Assembly (NCBI RefSeq): GCF_037042905.1
Contig: NC_087251.1
Location: forward strand, 310,001 to 374,000
DNA from: Lytechinus pictus
Lineage: Eukaryota
Reading direction: 5' to 3'
DNA length: 64,000 bases
The translations under genes and the position numbers were made by a program. Below the pieces are notes generated by a model. The model had not been told where the DNA came from, made no database searches, and was given only the letters and a program-made list of their open reading frames with translations. This document shows, piece after piece, positions 37,546-50,259 of the stretch. Within the stretch, counting starts at the first letter, position 1. Every line of letters starts with the position of its first letter.

Positions 37546-40500
37546 GGGCAATTCCACCGTTACGGACGTTACATTCATAGGCAACTTCAAACATTTAATT
37601 CATTAAAAAAAATATTTGCAGTTGGAAAAACAGCTTATTTCTTTTTATATTTGTAGAAAACATCTAAGTGTTTAAAATAATAAAATTACATTGTTTTAGC
37701 TTAATTGATTAATTAACCACAAGCGTTGGAAGTGAGTGTTACGGATGTTACGCATTATGACATGGCTTTTTTGCATATTGAACATAATGGTGAAACTCTG
37801 TGAAGTTACTTACTTCAGTTTTTCCTACAACCTATTCTCATATAGGTCTGAGTTCATTCTATATAATCATAAACAGCAAGTTTGAAATAAACACTTTGTA
37901 TTGGCTAATTAGGCTAAATTAAGGTGTTACGGACGTTACATTTTAGTGTTACGGACGTTACATGTATGAAAATGCAAGGGAACAACATATTTTAACATTT
38001 TTATAACAACTTTCTTTTAAACATACACAATTAATTTATGTTAAGTGGTGATTGTATGAGGACAGGGAAAAAATAGCTTCAGTTTGAGGTTCTTCTACTA
38101 CTCCCCCACACGGCCACACCCCTCATACACAACCGTACACACCTTGCTCTTGAAAAAAGGTAAATCACATTTTGGTCAAAATCGGGTAGGTACAACTAAA
38201 AACTGGTGGAATCAGTTTTCCTCACCACCACAACAGAAAGATAGAGAAGTAATTTTACAATGTTTTTATTTTTAAACTGATTTTGATTTAAACTCCATGG
38301 AATGCCAATTCAGCCTTCTTGATATCCTCATCAAAGAGAAGCCGGCTTCCTATCATGACAATTTTGGATGCTAGTTTTGGTAACGATATCAAAATGAGTT
38401 CGTACAGAATCCAATGAAATGACCACCAAAGTGTCTGTTTGTATAAATAAAACGCATGTGCCAAAGGATTCTGGAAGAAATTGTGTAATTGCTGAGAAAT
38501 CAGCAAATAAGCACAGGATTCGGGTAGAGCGTCGGGCCCGACGCTCAAAGCAATAATTATACACAGTCCCACGTGCGCTTATCTGTGTTGGGGAAGTTCA
38601 GTCTGAACATTTTTCAGCGTAGATTTCAAGATTTCACAAAGTTCAGTTTATTTATTAAACTGTACCAGATCTAGATCCTCGATGATATACTGACAATTAA
38701 GCCTGGTTTTACAGACTTTCTCATGAAATCGGTGTTTACTGCAACTACTGGAATTTCTCTTTAAACTCTCCATTGTTCTTCTCCTGCTGGCCAAGTGTAG
38801 GGATTTTTCTGCTTTATCATGTATGAAACACCATACTGTGCCTCGGCTTGGAGATGACCTTTGCAACAAACAATTGGTCTGATGCCTTTTTACTGGTCCC
38901 TTTTACATGCACAGCCATAAAATCTTGAACATCTACATCCATGTTGATGTTTGCTTCCATTCCGACTCCATTTGAGTTGTTATCCCCATCAGCCTTCTAC
39001 TCCTGGTCTCTTCTAGCTTGTGCTGCTGTTTTGCTGCCTCCATTTGCAGTTCTGTTGCTTCTCCCTGGGTACTTGCAGTTCCACTTTGCAGTTCTGTTGG
39101 TGCATCTTGCTGGGCTCCTTGAGCTTCATTTTGCTGGTCTGTGGATGCATCTTGCTGCTGGTCACTGGCTTCTGAACTTGCTGTCACTTCAGGATGGTGA
39201 AGAATAAGCTGCTCTTCTGCAGTGACCATTTGCTTCAGTCTTATCAGTTCATTTGATGCCATGGAATATGGTTTGAAGACTTACCATCCCCCTGTGGAGA
39301 TGCGTAGTGAAATGAGTGTGCCCGGTATACTTGGTACATTTTCCCACACAGCTGTCAACTTGTCTTCAGATGTCTTGGTGATTTGCTCCTCAGATATGTG
39401 CATGACTTAAATTTTCTGTTTCTTTTGTAACACAAACAAAGGGTTGAGCATTTGTGATAGTGGCCCTCCTGGCTTTTATCATGTTGAGAGCCTTTAATAC
39501 ACTTGATGCTGCCCCCTATCCCATCCACAGCACCCTTGCCATGGGATGTGGCAAAGAAATGCCGCATCAAGTCAAGCTGGAGCTTTTCCTTCAAGACACA
39601 CAATAGCTTTAATAAAGACAAACTTGTTCTTGAACTGCAATGCAGCACCATCACTGAAGATGTGCACTTCCTTGAGCTCTGGATATATCCTTTTCATCTC
39701 AAACAGCAGATTTGTCATGTAACACTTCACAGTGATCTTCTCATGGTCAAGGCTGTCAGAGATGAGTGCAAATGCCTGGTCCTCTTCATAACCCCAAGAC
39801 ATTTCAGTGAAAACAGTCACCTGCTTTTGGTGTCAATGGGCACTATGTACCTTATCTTGCCACAATGCTGCAAAGTTCTCGGCAAAGACAACTTGTAGTG
39901 CAGCAACAGTCTCATTATTTTTTGCATCAGCTTTTATCTCCTCAAATATCTTGCTCTGCTCACATTTCACAAAGCTGTGGATGAGAAACTTTAGTAATTC
40001 AATACTGAATTCCACTATCAGATCTTCAATTGTCCAGTCTTCTCCACTCTGACCATCCTTCCTTCATAGGTATCCCATCTCTTTCAAACCACTGGTGCCA
40101 ATTGATAGCTTTTCTTGGGGAACTTTGATGGTGAACATTTCATTGAATAGCTGCAGCTCACCACATGCTAGGCATTCACCATTCATACATTCGTTTTGGA
40201 AAGCTCTAGAGTGTGTTAAGTATAGCTGTAACGTCCGTAACGTAACGTCCGTAACAATTTATGTAACATCCGTAACGCTTGTTAGCCTATTTCTAATTAT
40301 CATAATTAAATAATTCTTACTCTATAAGTTCAACCATGGTAAATTGGCAGTAAATATGTGGTATGATGAAAGTCAGTCAATTATTTTTCATTGTAGCTAA
40401 AAAAAAATGCATTAATTGTTACGGACTTTACACAGTTCCATGGAAAAATGGGACGGGAAGTTAATTACGCATATTAGGGTTTGCTGATGAGATATGATTT

Positions 40501-40813
40501 TTATTCTTTTTCCATTCATCTGAAGCTTGCTTTCTTATCCACGAACATCAAATAGCAAGTTATATGAGACTTTTTAAGAGATAAATGAAGAATTTTTATG
40601 ACATCCATTATTTTCTTGATTATTTTTTTATACATCGCATTTTGACACACCCACATTCAGACAACAAAATAATTAGTAAAACGAACACTCTGAGGTAAAA
40701 TCTTTTCAGATTCCCTAAGTATAGGTATACCCCTAACCAACCATCAAGGAGAAAAAAACATACAATCAATTTGAAATTTTGGCATTCATGTCACAGTTGG
40801 CATGGAATTGACC
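37546..40813 (-). mobile_element. Decayed Sola2 DNA transposon
   Basis: TIR GGGCAATTCCA / TGGAATTGACC; 4-bp TSD AAAT; GTTACGGACGTTAC subterminal repeats; transposase remnants inside. Confidence 0.85.
39300..40190 (-). pseudogene. Sola2-type DDD transposase remnant
   Basis: Three frameshifted pieces: LQVVFAENF, ISDSLDH...HIFSDGAALQFKN, HFFATSHGKGAVDGIGGSIK. Confidence 0.85.
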
Positions 40814-43053
40814 AAATGTTGATTGCATGTGTCATGATGTTTTTGTGATTTATTCATCAAATACAAAATGAATTCTACTTTTTCTCACGGCAACTTTCGT
40901 TACAAATGAAGATGATTATTTTTTAAACTATGAAAACGCCGAATGAATGTTGGCTGCGTGTGTCATGTTGTTTTTTGTAATTTATTTAAATTGAAATGCG
41001 TAACGAAATATTCATTTTCAGTACTTTTTTCTCACATCAACTTTTGAAATGAATGAAGAATGAAGATAATTTTGAAATTATATAAACGTCAAATACATGT
41101 ACATGTTGATTGGCTGTTTTATTTTGTTTCTTTTGATTTATTTATCAAATCCGAAATAATGAATCATCCCTTTTCTTTCTTGAACTGTCATTAATAATGA
41201 TTAATTAGAATGAAACTGTCCATTGTCGTAAACAACAATACTTAAAAGGCGGTATCGTGCCAGAAAGGTTTATGATGTGCGCCCGCCGAGTATGTGGTCG
41301 GTTGTGAATCGACGTGTTTTGCAGTAAAACTTACTGGTGATGAATGTAAGTGATTAGTTACTGTTACTGTGATTAAATCTTGTCTTGAATCTTTGTTAGA
41401 AGTGTGATTATGTTTCAGAAGTTGAGAAATGAGAAGCTTGGCTATAATTTGGTGAATGGGGAGAAACCCGACATGAAAATGAAAATATTCCAAGTACGAT
41501 CCCATTTGAAGGTGTAGCGAGTGTAATGTGACCAAATATATATCGGACGATTCACTCCAGACACGTCCAGACAGGACAGCACGTGCGTGAGCTGAATGAT
41601 GTAGGCCTGTCTGGTTTTAGACTTTTAGTAATAGTAGACTCGCACTTACACTCGCCTCGGTCAAATTCATTGCATCTTATTTCATTCCATCGGAACTAAA
41701 AAATAAACACACATAGGCCTACTCTCGCAACCATTAAATGGGATCGTAACTAGGCCCGACTTGTATAACTCAAATAAATAGTCAATTACTAATAACTTAC
41801 ACAGTCATACGATCTACATTTGTAGCCGTATATAGCCTCACGCTAACTCACATTAGTCAAATCCGATTGCAAAACAGATTCAACCCAAAATATTCAGCTT
41901 CTCGTAATTTCGTGGTTTTCAGAAATATTTTAATTAGCGCACGCTGACTCTCGCCGTCATCGGATAGGTTCAAAACTCAAATATATAACTGAAAATCTTA
42001 AATATAACTCTAATAAGTGCAAATGGATATTATTTTTTATATTTCAGGGTAAAATTTCGGATACCCGTCCGCCGTCCGGTTTTCAGTGTCGGGTATCCGA
42101 ATATTGAAATATCCGTTTCAAGTCAGGCCTAATGAAAAGATTGGTCACTTTACGGACTTTGCGTAATGCTTTGCGTCGATTTGTGTGTAAAATAGTTTAG
42201 GTGCCTAGTCTTTCCCTTGTCATGTCTTTGATATGAATATAAATCGCGCGCCCTCTTTAGGCCAAAAATTGATGTCGTTCGACAAGCCGCGCGACGTCAA
42301 GAGCAAGAAAAGATAAGGAACAGAGTAGGTATGTTGCAAAAGCGCCCTCTAGGTGCATTCTGAATGAGGCATTGAGTGTGCTGGCTGGAATTGCAGGGCG
42401 ACTGTGGGGGCATTGCTTTGTATTGTGTTTGCATGTGCAAGGAAAGGTTATTCCCCATGGCATCATTGTTTTTACGTAGTTGAATGTTTATGGCAGCTGT
42501 CTAGACTTGAAAAAAAATCTCACTCGGTGATCTTGCGACTCTGTGTGCTACTGGAACTTTGGCCTTGCTTTCAACCTCTTGCTATTCACATTTACAGGTA
42601 TCATCCTACTCTAAAAGGTATTCATTCCGATAGAGCAACATTTTAACTATATTGTGGTGAAATTTGAATGAAATCTACTGACGCTAAGTGTGTTTTTTAT
42701 GTCCCTGTTTCGGCAGCATCTGTTATTTTTGGGAGTGTTGTTGGGCACTTCCATATGCCAATGTATGCGCATTCTTGTTTTCTATTAGTGCACCTTGGTC
42801 CCAATTAAGATCACAACTATTGGCTTAAAAAACAAAGGAATACATAAGAATTGAATAGGCAATTTAAATACGACCTTAAAAACTACAATAACTTTCTTAT
42901 TTCTGGGGCTATTGAGATAAATGAGGTGTTAAATTAAAGGTCTTGATGAGCTCTAAATGATGCCATGAAGAAAACACCTTATTTCTGAGATGTATTTTTT
43001 TTGCAACATACCTAAACAGAGGGGAATAGATTGCTCAAATAAGTCTCCAAATG

Positions 43054-45438
43054 CAGGGGCGGAAATCTCTCCCAAAAGGTAGGGGGGACACAGGGGCGGA
43101 ACCAGCCTTCGCCAATAGGGGGGGGGGGGCGGAAATTTGTTTCAGCCATATTTTCCCCGATCGGCAGCTCGAAGATGATTTTTGTTTGCTTCTTTGAAGG
43201 GGTAGTCCTAATCAGTCACTTCTTAGCTTTATTCTTATAAATTGATATATAATATCATAATCCTTATTTATCTTTGGAAATTTTAAGTATTTTTCCTGAA
43301 ATTTGAACTGATTCTGGGCAATGTTTGTTATCCTGAAAAAGATGTGTATGCAACTTAATAATTACTACGAACGCAAAGCGCGAGCAGAAATGAACTGATG
43401 GAAAAGATAGGCTACCTGTTAAAGTAGCATTTAACAATCAAATAATGCGAGCGCGAAGCGCGAGCTGATTTTTTTTGGACATTTTCACCTAAAGAATGGA
43501 AATTCTAAGCCCTTTTTGGTAACTCAAGCAGAATAGGTAAATCATTATTAAACAATTAATGCGAGCGCGAAGCGCGAGCGTAAAATTTCGAGATTTAGTC
43601 CTAATAATATTTACTGAAAGAGACGCTCTATTCATGTTTTGTAAATCCTGAAAAGGATGAGTATTAACAAAAGCGAGCGCAAAGCGCGAGCAGAAATTTT
43701 TTATATACGTTTTAAACTGGTACCTGTTGAAAAGGTACCTGTTAAGGACTTCTTGCACTTAGCCATGAAGGCGTTACATATTTCAACAATCAAAATATGC
43801 GAGCACGAAGCGCGAGCTGAAAATTTTTGAACTTTCTAAAGAAAGAATGGAAAATTTTAATCAGTTTTTGTAATCGTGAACAGGATAGCTATATAATTTA
43901 ACGATTGATGCGAGCGCGAAGCGCGAGCAGATTTTTTTTTCGAGATTTAGACCTAAAAATGGGCCATTCTGTTCATGTTTTGTAAATCATCAAAAGGATG
44001 AGTAATATGGGGTCTTCCTACATTAATAATGCAAGCACAAAGCGTGAGCAGAAAAAATTGAAAATGTGATCTGAAACTGGATAATGATTTAAATTAGAGA
44101 ACAAGTTGAGTATCTGAATAAACACGCGCGAGCGTGTTTCATATTTAGACCTAGAATTTAGGCATTCTAAATACAACTTTCATCATGAAAATAATGAAAC
44201 TTTGATATTCCGATCCGAAAAAAAGAGTCAATTTCAGCTTTTATTTCAAGCACTTTGTAGAAAAATTGTAAGGTGGATATGGATCACACTTAAAAAAGAG
44301 CTGATATTATTTTTACTTTGAGTTTTGACATAGGACCGGGACATCCTTACGACATGTCATCATATGAAAATGATGACTATTTTCCTATTCCTCTTGCTAA
44401 GCGCGAGATGAAACAAAAGGGACAATTTAATTATTAAATTAATATCATATTTATTAATGCCTTATGAGGGCGCGAAATCTGATGATATCATGGTATAAAA
44501 ACTGGACATTTTACTTTTGTGATTATGAATATGATGCATCAGTTAATATATATTTAGCCATTAATGCGAGCGCAAATCGCGAGCTAAAATTTTTGATAAA
44601 CTGTCATGAAAAGGGGATTTTAAGTAGTTTGTTGTATAATCAATATTGAAACATTTATATAATCAAAATGCGAACGTGCAGCGCGCTAGCTGATACGTCT
44701 TGACAGTCAGACCTGAAAAGGGATATTTAAAAACTTTATGGAATACACGAAAGTAATAGGTACCTGATAAATCAAAATTTGAGAGCGCGCAGCTCAAGCA
44801 GCAAATGTTAAAATTCAGACCATGAAACTGACATTTTTACAGAGCACTTTTTAAAAACTAATTTGTAAATTACACAAAATAATGAAAGGTCGATTTCCGA
44901 GGTGAAATATGTTTTGTATTTTGACTTCCAAACTTGATATTCGAACTCCATATTGAACAAGATATGTAAATCATCTAATAGGCAATGCGAGCGCGAAGCG
45001 CGAGCGAAAATTTTATATAGTGGCACGAAAGATTCTTTTTATTGTCCAATTCTTCCCCTCATCTTATTTTATGCACTCGTCGTCCTCTTCTTTTTCTCCT
45101 CTCTTTTCTCTCCTTTTTTCATTCATTCTTTCTTTCCCTTGTTTTCTTTTTTTGCTCCGCCAAGAGGGGGGGGGGGGTAGGGCGGGCCCCTCGGCCCCCT
45201 GGATCCGCCTATGGGGAGAAGGGGCGGGAAAATTTGACAAGCAAAAGAAAAGGTTATCATCGCCAAAGTAAGGTCATCTCGTCCCAAAATACATGTTTTA
45301 TTTCGATTTAGAATGATGTATTTCTTACCATCATAAAAGACCAAAAATAGTAGGGGGGACATTTGATATTGTGTCCCCCCTACTATTTTGAGTAGGGGGG
45401 ACACGTCCCCCCTGTCCCCCCTGGGATTTCCGCCCATG
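43054..45438. mobile_element. hAT-like MITE (outer)
   Basis: CAGGGGCGGAAATC / GATTTCCGCCCATG; 8-bp TSD TCCAAATG. Confidence 0.85.
43091..45213. mobile_element. Nested element with ~120-bp internal repeats carrying GCGAGCGCGAAGCGCGAGC
   Basis: CAGGGGCGGAACC / GGATCCGCCTATG termini; flanks GGGACA/GGGAGA; empty site visible at ~32695-32710. Confidence 0.8.
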
Positions 45439-47685
45439 TCCAAATGGACTTCATGAATCATATGGATCGGTAAGTGAAATGGAATAATTTTATGATATAA
45501 TAATAGATGTAGCAATATCGATTCGGCTATGTGCATGGAAGTGGTTAATCTGGACTCCAGGAATCTCCAAATTCTGTGGAAGGATCAGCTCATAGAGTGA
45601 GTTGCATGCGACATGCCTTGATTTTACCATGCACGGCGGCAGTAATGCAACCATGGGTGCCCATGTACATGATTTAGGGCTAGATCTTTTAAGTTTTACA
45701 GGGAAAGTAGAAATCTCGGGGGCGAAAGTTTCATGTTTTAAGGCCGTATGTGTAGCCGTATGGGAAGCAATTCCAGGCTCCATGGGGAGTAAGCCTACGT
45801 ATAGTAGACTGATTTTTACTCTCCAGGAGCCTCCAGAGCAGAGTCCACTTGTTCACTGCAACCACCCTGCCTGTGGGGAATCTACAGGTTGGACTATGGC
45901 ATGCCAATGCTTAGACAGGAATAACCATCGTTTCTGGGGATTTATTCAACAATTTCTGACATTTTACTATCATCCCCATTCACCGACGGTAGTGTTAGTG
46001 CGAGCCTGCATGTGTAATCAGGTCAGCAATTCGGAAGACGGGTTTTGTCCAGATTTTTATTTTTTTTTATTCTAAATGGCATTATATTATCTTGAACGAA
46101 GGCCCACTATTTTTGTTAGACTCTAATCTTTCTTTCGATACTTTATAAGTTCTAAGAAAATAATGCAAATATACGTTACCGATGATTTATTCCTTATTTT
46201 TTTAATTTTCTGCCGGAGAGGAAAAAATGGCAGCCGTGTGTGTTGCTGCCCGAGTTGTGCTTTTATCAAGGCTTTCTGATTAAATTTTCGATATCCTGGC
46301 CAATCAATGCGAGCGACAAGTTCCGAACGCACGCACATCTACAAGCGCAAAGCTGCGGCACAAATCGTGATATATAGCGTCTGGTACATACATCTGTAAG
46401 GATGATGACGTCATCCAAGATGGCAACTTACGTTGACCAACAAAAGGATCGAAGATGACTATGTTTCGATCATCATTTGAAAAGAATTAGCAGTAACTGC
46501 CGTCTGAGGTACGATATTTCTGAATTTTAAATATTTTTTTTTCGTAAGTTTGAATGTACTTTCTTTTTTATAATGTGACATTTTATGTACAAAAAAACGA
46601 TCCGAAAATCGGGTTTCCGCCGAATGTTAGATCTAACGTTACTGCTAATACGTTGGCTATACGTACGGGCCAACAACTATGTATGGGTGAGTGGAACAAC
46701 CAAAATACATTAAAATATCACTTTTGTGACCAAAATTACTAATTTCCATACAGTTGCAATTTATTTTTCATTAGTAACTTAGGAATAAATTTTGTATTCA
46801 CTAGAGCGCTCAAAAACTTGAATTTTGGGCATATTTTTGTGTAATATTGGTGGAAAAGAATATGGCAAGAAAATTCTCATTTTTTTATCTCTATTTTTTA
46901 ATTAAGAAAAAAATAATTTAAAGAATCAAATTTACTTAAGGACGTTCCACAGTTAAAATGAAATCCATGTCATTTTCACCAAAATTTGCACATAGATACT
47001 TTAGAACCTGAATATTCGAAATATGCAAAAATTAACATAGGTCCATGTGCTTGATTTTTTGCTATGGAGCTTCAAAGTTCACCCGAATGAATGAATTTGG
47101 TATTTTTAGACCTCGCAAGATCACTACAATGAGTTTAAACCTCTATTACTCAGTCAAAATACATGAAAAAGTCATCAAATTTCGCAAGAGAGTTAATAAG
47201 TGTATCGTTAGAATGGAGAATCTAATTATAGTGCTATTTGTTTGCAATTTTAAGTCTAACAGCACTGTCAGTTCTTAAAAATGGCGTAAAACATAACAAA
47301 AACCCAATCTCAAAAAAGTGAAATTTCAATAACAAACTACAAAAGTACAATAAATGCTGCACTTTATTCAAAATCCATGTCATTTTCACCAAAATTTGCA
47401 AAGTTGTAGAGGAAGGTATACCTAAGAGGTGCAAACATTAAAAAATAGGGCTTCATGTGCTTGTTTTCAAACTATCAGCATTTTCATTAGAGCAAATGTG
47501 CTTTTTAAAACACCAAAAATGCGCCAAATGCTTTGTATCTATGAGAAGAAAAAATCAAAACCACTCTACCATTTATTCAAACTCGGGGTCATATTCGTAA
47601 TTTTTGGCAGCACTGCAGAGTAAAGTATTTTAAAATTGTAGAGATGTTTTTTTAAATGGTCCATGGAATAATTAACGTTTTTTAG

Positions 47686-49892
47686 TAGGAGTGGGCTATA
47701 AATGGGTGATATTTAGTTTTACTGTGACAACAGTTTTATTGTGTTCCTTTTACCTTATCTCAACATGAAATGACAATATTTTTTGTCTCGGGTCCGAGAA
47801 AAAAGTGTGCCGGGCCAAAATCCAAAATGGCCGCCAAAACCCCCCAAATTCACATTTTGGGCCACAACTTTTTTATTTGATGGTCTTTTTCTCTGGTTTT
47901 GGTGTCTATTCATATGTTTCTGGGGGCAGGGAATATGTTTTTCCTAAACTTAGTACTTTTAAATCATTATTTGTAGTTATAAGGTGATTTTACTTAAATT
48001 TACCACTTTTTAAAGCCATTTTTTCAGCCAAAAAGTAGATTTCATCATTATGTGGTTCTTGAATATTAGACGATACCATTTTAACAGTAGCAGGCAGCTT
48101 TATTAGCTATATTGCTTTTATTCCTCTACTTTGGGTTTTTACGGATATTTGCGAAATATATCTTATCAAATAAAAGAAAATGTCATTTATCCATAGGGGC
48201 TATACGGTATACAATGCACTGTACTGTACATACTACACTGCATATATCCATGCATTAAAGGGAAAGTTCACCCTGACAAAAAGTTTATTGTAAAAATAGC
48301 AGAAAAAATAATAAAAAATATTGCCGAAGGTTTGAGAAAAATTCATCAAATAATTAAAAAGTTATTAGAATTAAAATTATTTGATTTGTGACGTCATATG
48401 CGAGCAGCATTCCTACATAGCGAATGGTAAAAAATCAATGAAATGTCATTTTCTCAGAAAATTGGAAATGGTTTTTACCGTATCTTTTGTATATCAATAG
48501 ACAAATCATTTCACACCCGATCATGAATAGAAAACAAAATTAAGTCATCAGGAACCATATAAAATTTGAAATTCATGCATTTTATATTACATAACACATG
48601 GGGCAGCTGCTCGTTTATGACGTCACAAATCCAAAACTTTGAACTCTAATAACTTTCTTATTCTTTAACGGATTTTCCTCAAACCTTCACCAATATTTTT
48701 TACTATTTTTTCTGCTATTTTTACAACAAAGTTTTTTTCAGGGTGAACTTCCCCTTTAACCACCATGACATATGAAAAGGACTGTATATAAACTATAGTG
48801 TCATAGAAATGAGCTCCTAATGTTTAGAATTAGATTGTGAATTGTGAATTTGATTGCTTGTCAGCTGATGTATAATACATGTACATGATAAAACCAGCAA
48901 CATAAATTGCACAAAAATATCACATATACATGTATATCATATACGTACATCACATTTTTAACTATATCTTCTCCATTTGGAGGCTTTTTTTACCTGGTTG
49001 TGGTGTCTAAACTGGCCTATATTTATGGGGTCAGTTAAATATCATGGTAACGCTGATCAACAGCAAATCAGAATCAAGGATTCAATGCAAGTTACCATTA
49101 AGTTAAGTTAACATAATGGTAAATTTTTATGCAACGGGGACCAGAATAGCTAGTGTAAATGCCATGATGTGGGGTTAATAACCTCTCTCCGCCCCCTGAA
49201 TTAGCATATTTGACAAAACGTCCTCAATTTCTGAGACAAATCATATCTTCAATTTCTGATGCATCTAATTCTAAACCTGAGAGCTCATTTCTATGACACT
49301 ATAGTTTGTACAGGCGTTGTTAGCTGTCATGGTGGCCAATGCATTTATGCAGTGCAGTATGTGCAGTAGGCCCAATGGATAATTGACATTTTTTATTTAA
49401 TAAGATATACATCACAAATATCTGTAAAACCCAAAGTAGAGGAATAAAAGCAATATAGCAATATGAAGCTGCTTTCTATTGTTGACCTCGTACAATCTAA
49501 TATCCAAGAACCCCAGGACGATAAAACCTACTTTTTGGCTGAAAAAAAACTATAAAAATTTGAAAATTTAGGTATAATTACCTTTTAACTCTACAAATAA
49601 TGGTTTAAAAGTACTAATCATAGGAAAAACAAATTGCCTGCCCCCCAAAACATATGAATAGACACCAAAACCAGAGAAAAAGACCACCAAATAAAGAAGT
49701 TGTGGCCAAAACTGTGATTTTGGTGGCTTTTGGCGGCCATTTTGGATTTTGGCCCGGCACACTTTTTTCTCGGACCCGAGACAAAAAATATTGTCCTTTC
49801 ATGTTGAGATACATTACAAGGAATAAAAAAAAACTGTTATCATATTGAAATTACAAAAAAAGTATTTTTGACCCATGTATAGCCCACTCCTA
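47686..49892. mobile_element. Long-arm foldback element with 7-bp TSD (hATw-like)
   Basis: TIR TAGGAGTGGGCTATA; TTTTTAG duplicated at 47679-47685 and 49893-49899; inverted arms of roughly 600 bp. Confidence 0.8.
48259..48755. mobile_element. Kolobok-like MITE
   Basis: TTAA|AGGGAAAGTTCACCCTGA ... TCAGGGTGAACTTCCCCT|TTAA. Confidence 0.85.
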
Positions 49893-50259
49893 TTTTTAGC
49901 TTCATAAACTAACGCATCGGATCTGCAGTTAGAGTGCAGATGATGAGAAAAATCAGTTCATACCCACAGCTAATTAATCACCTGTTCATCCATTGTGACG
50001 TCAGCGCGCAGAGTGTAAAATATGCGCAGATCATAATGCGCACAAACATAACTGTGGAACGAAAACAGCCGTTTTAACATTTTTTGTACCAGCTGAATAT
50101 AGGTGGTTACCGTGGTTTGAATAAAAATGAATAAAACGGCTGTTTTCGACTCGCCGTAGAGCAAATGTGATGGAGGTATTATTTGGAAGCCTCGGAAGTT
50201 TTCTTCCGAGGCTTCCAAATAAGGGGCATCGGTATTCATGAGACGGGGTCCCCAACTTA

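Larger units (their letters stand above)
36795..42131. mobile_element. Non-autonomous hAT element hosting the Sola2 insertion
   Basis: TAGTGCTG / CAGGCCTA termini; 8-bp TSD ATGAAAAG (36787-36794, 42132-42139); GGATATCCG/GGGTATCCG subterminal motifs; internal ~118-bp tandem repeats. Confidence 0.85.
46940..50061. mobile_element. Second copy of the 14496-17176 Kolobok-like family, without the array and interrupted
   Basis: TTAA|GGACGTTCCACAGTTA; right end TAACTGTGGAACG lacks its last 3 nt. Confidence 0.85.

Noticed and set aside
41250..41560. BED zinc-finger remnant on the minus strand (IWSHYT, TNHL)
   Set aside because: Cys pair not found and the pieces are in different frames; too weak.
42340..42356. 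CTCF-like motifs (also ~14755, ~30415, ~53710)
   Set aside because: Partial matches, mostly inside repeats; not supportable without ChIP data.
45602..46075. 157-aa ORF / possible exons
   Set aside because: No recognisable domain; the apparent intron is only about 39 nt.
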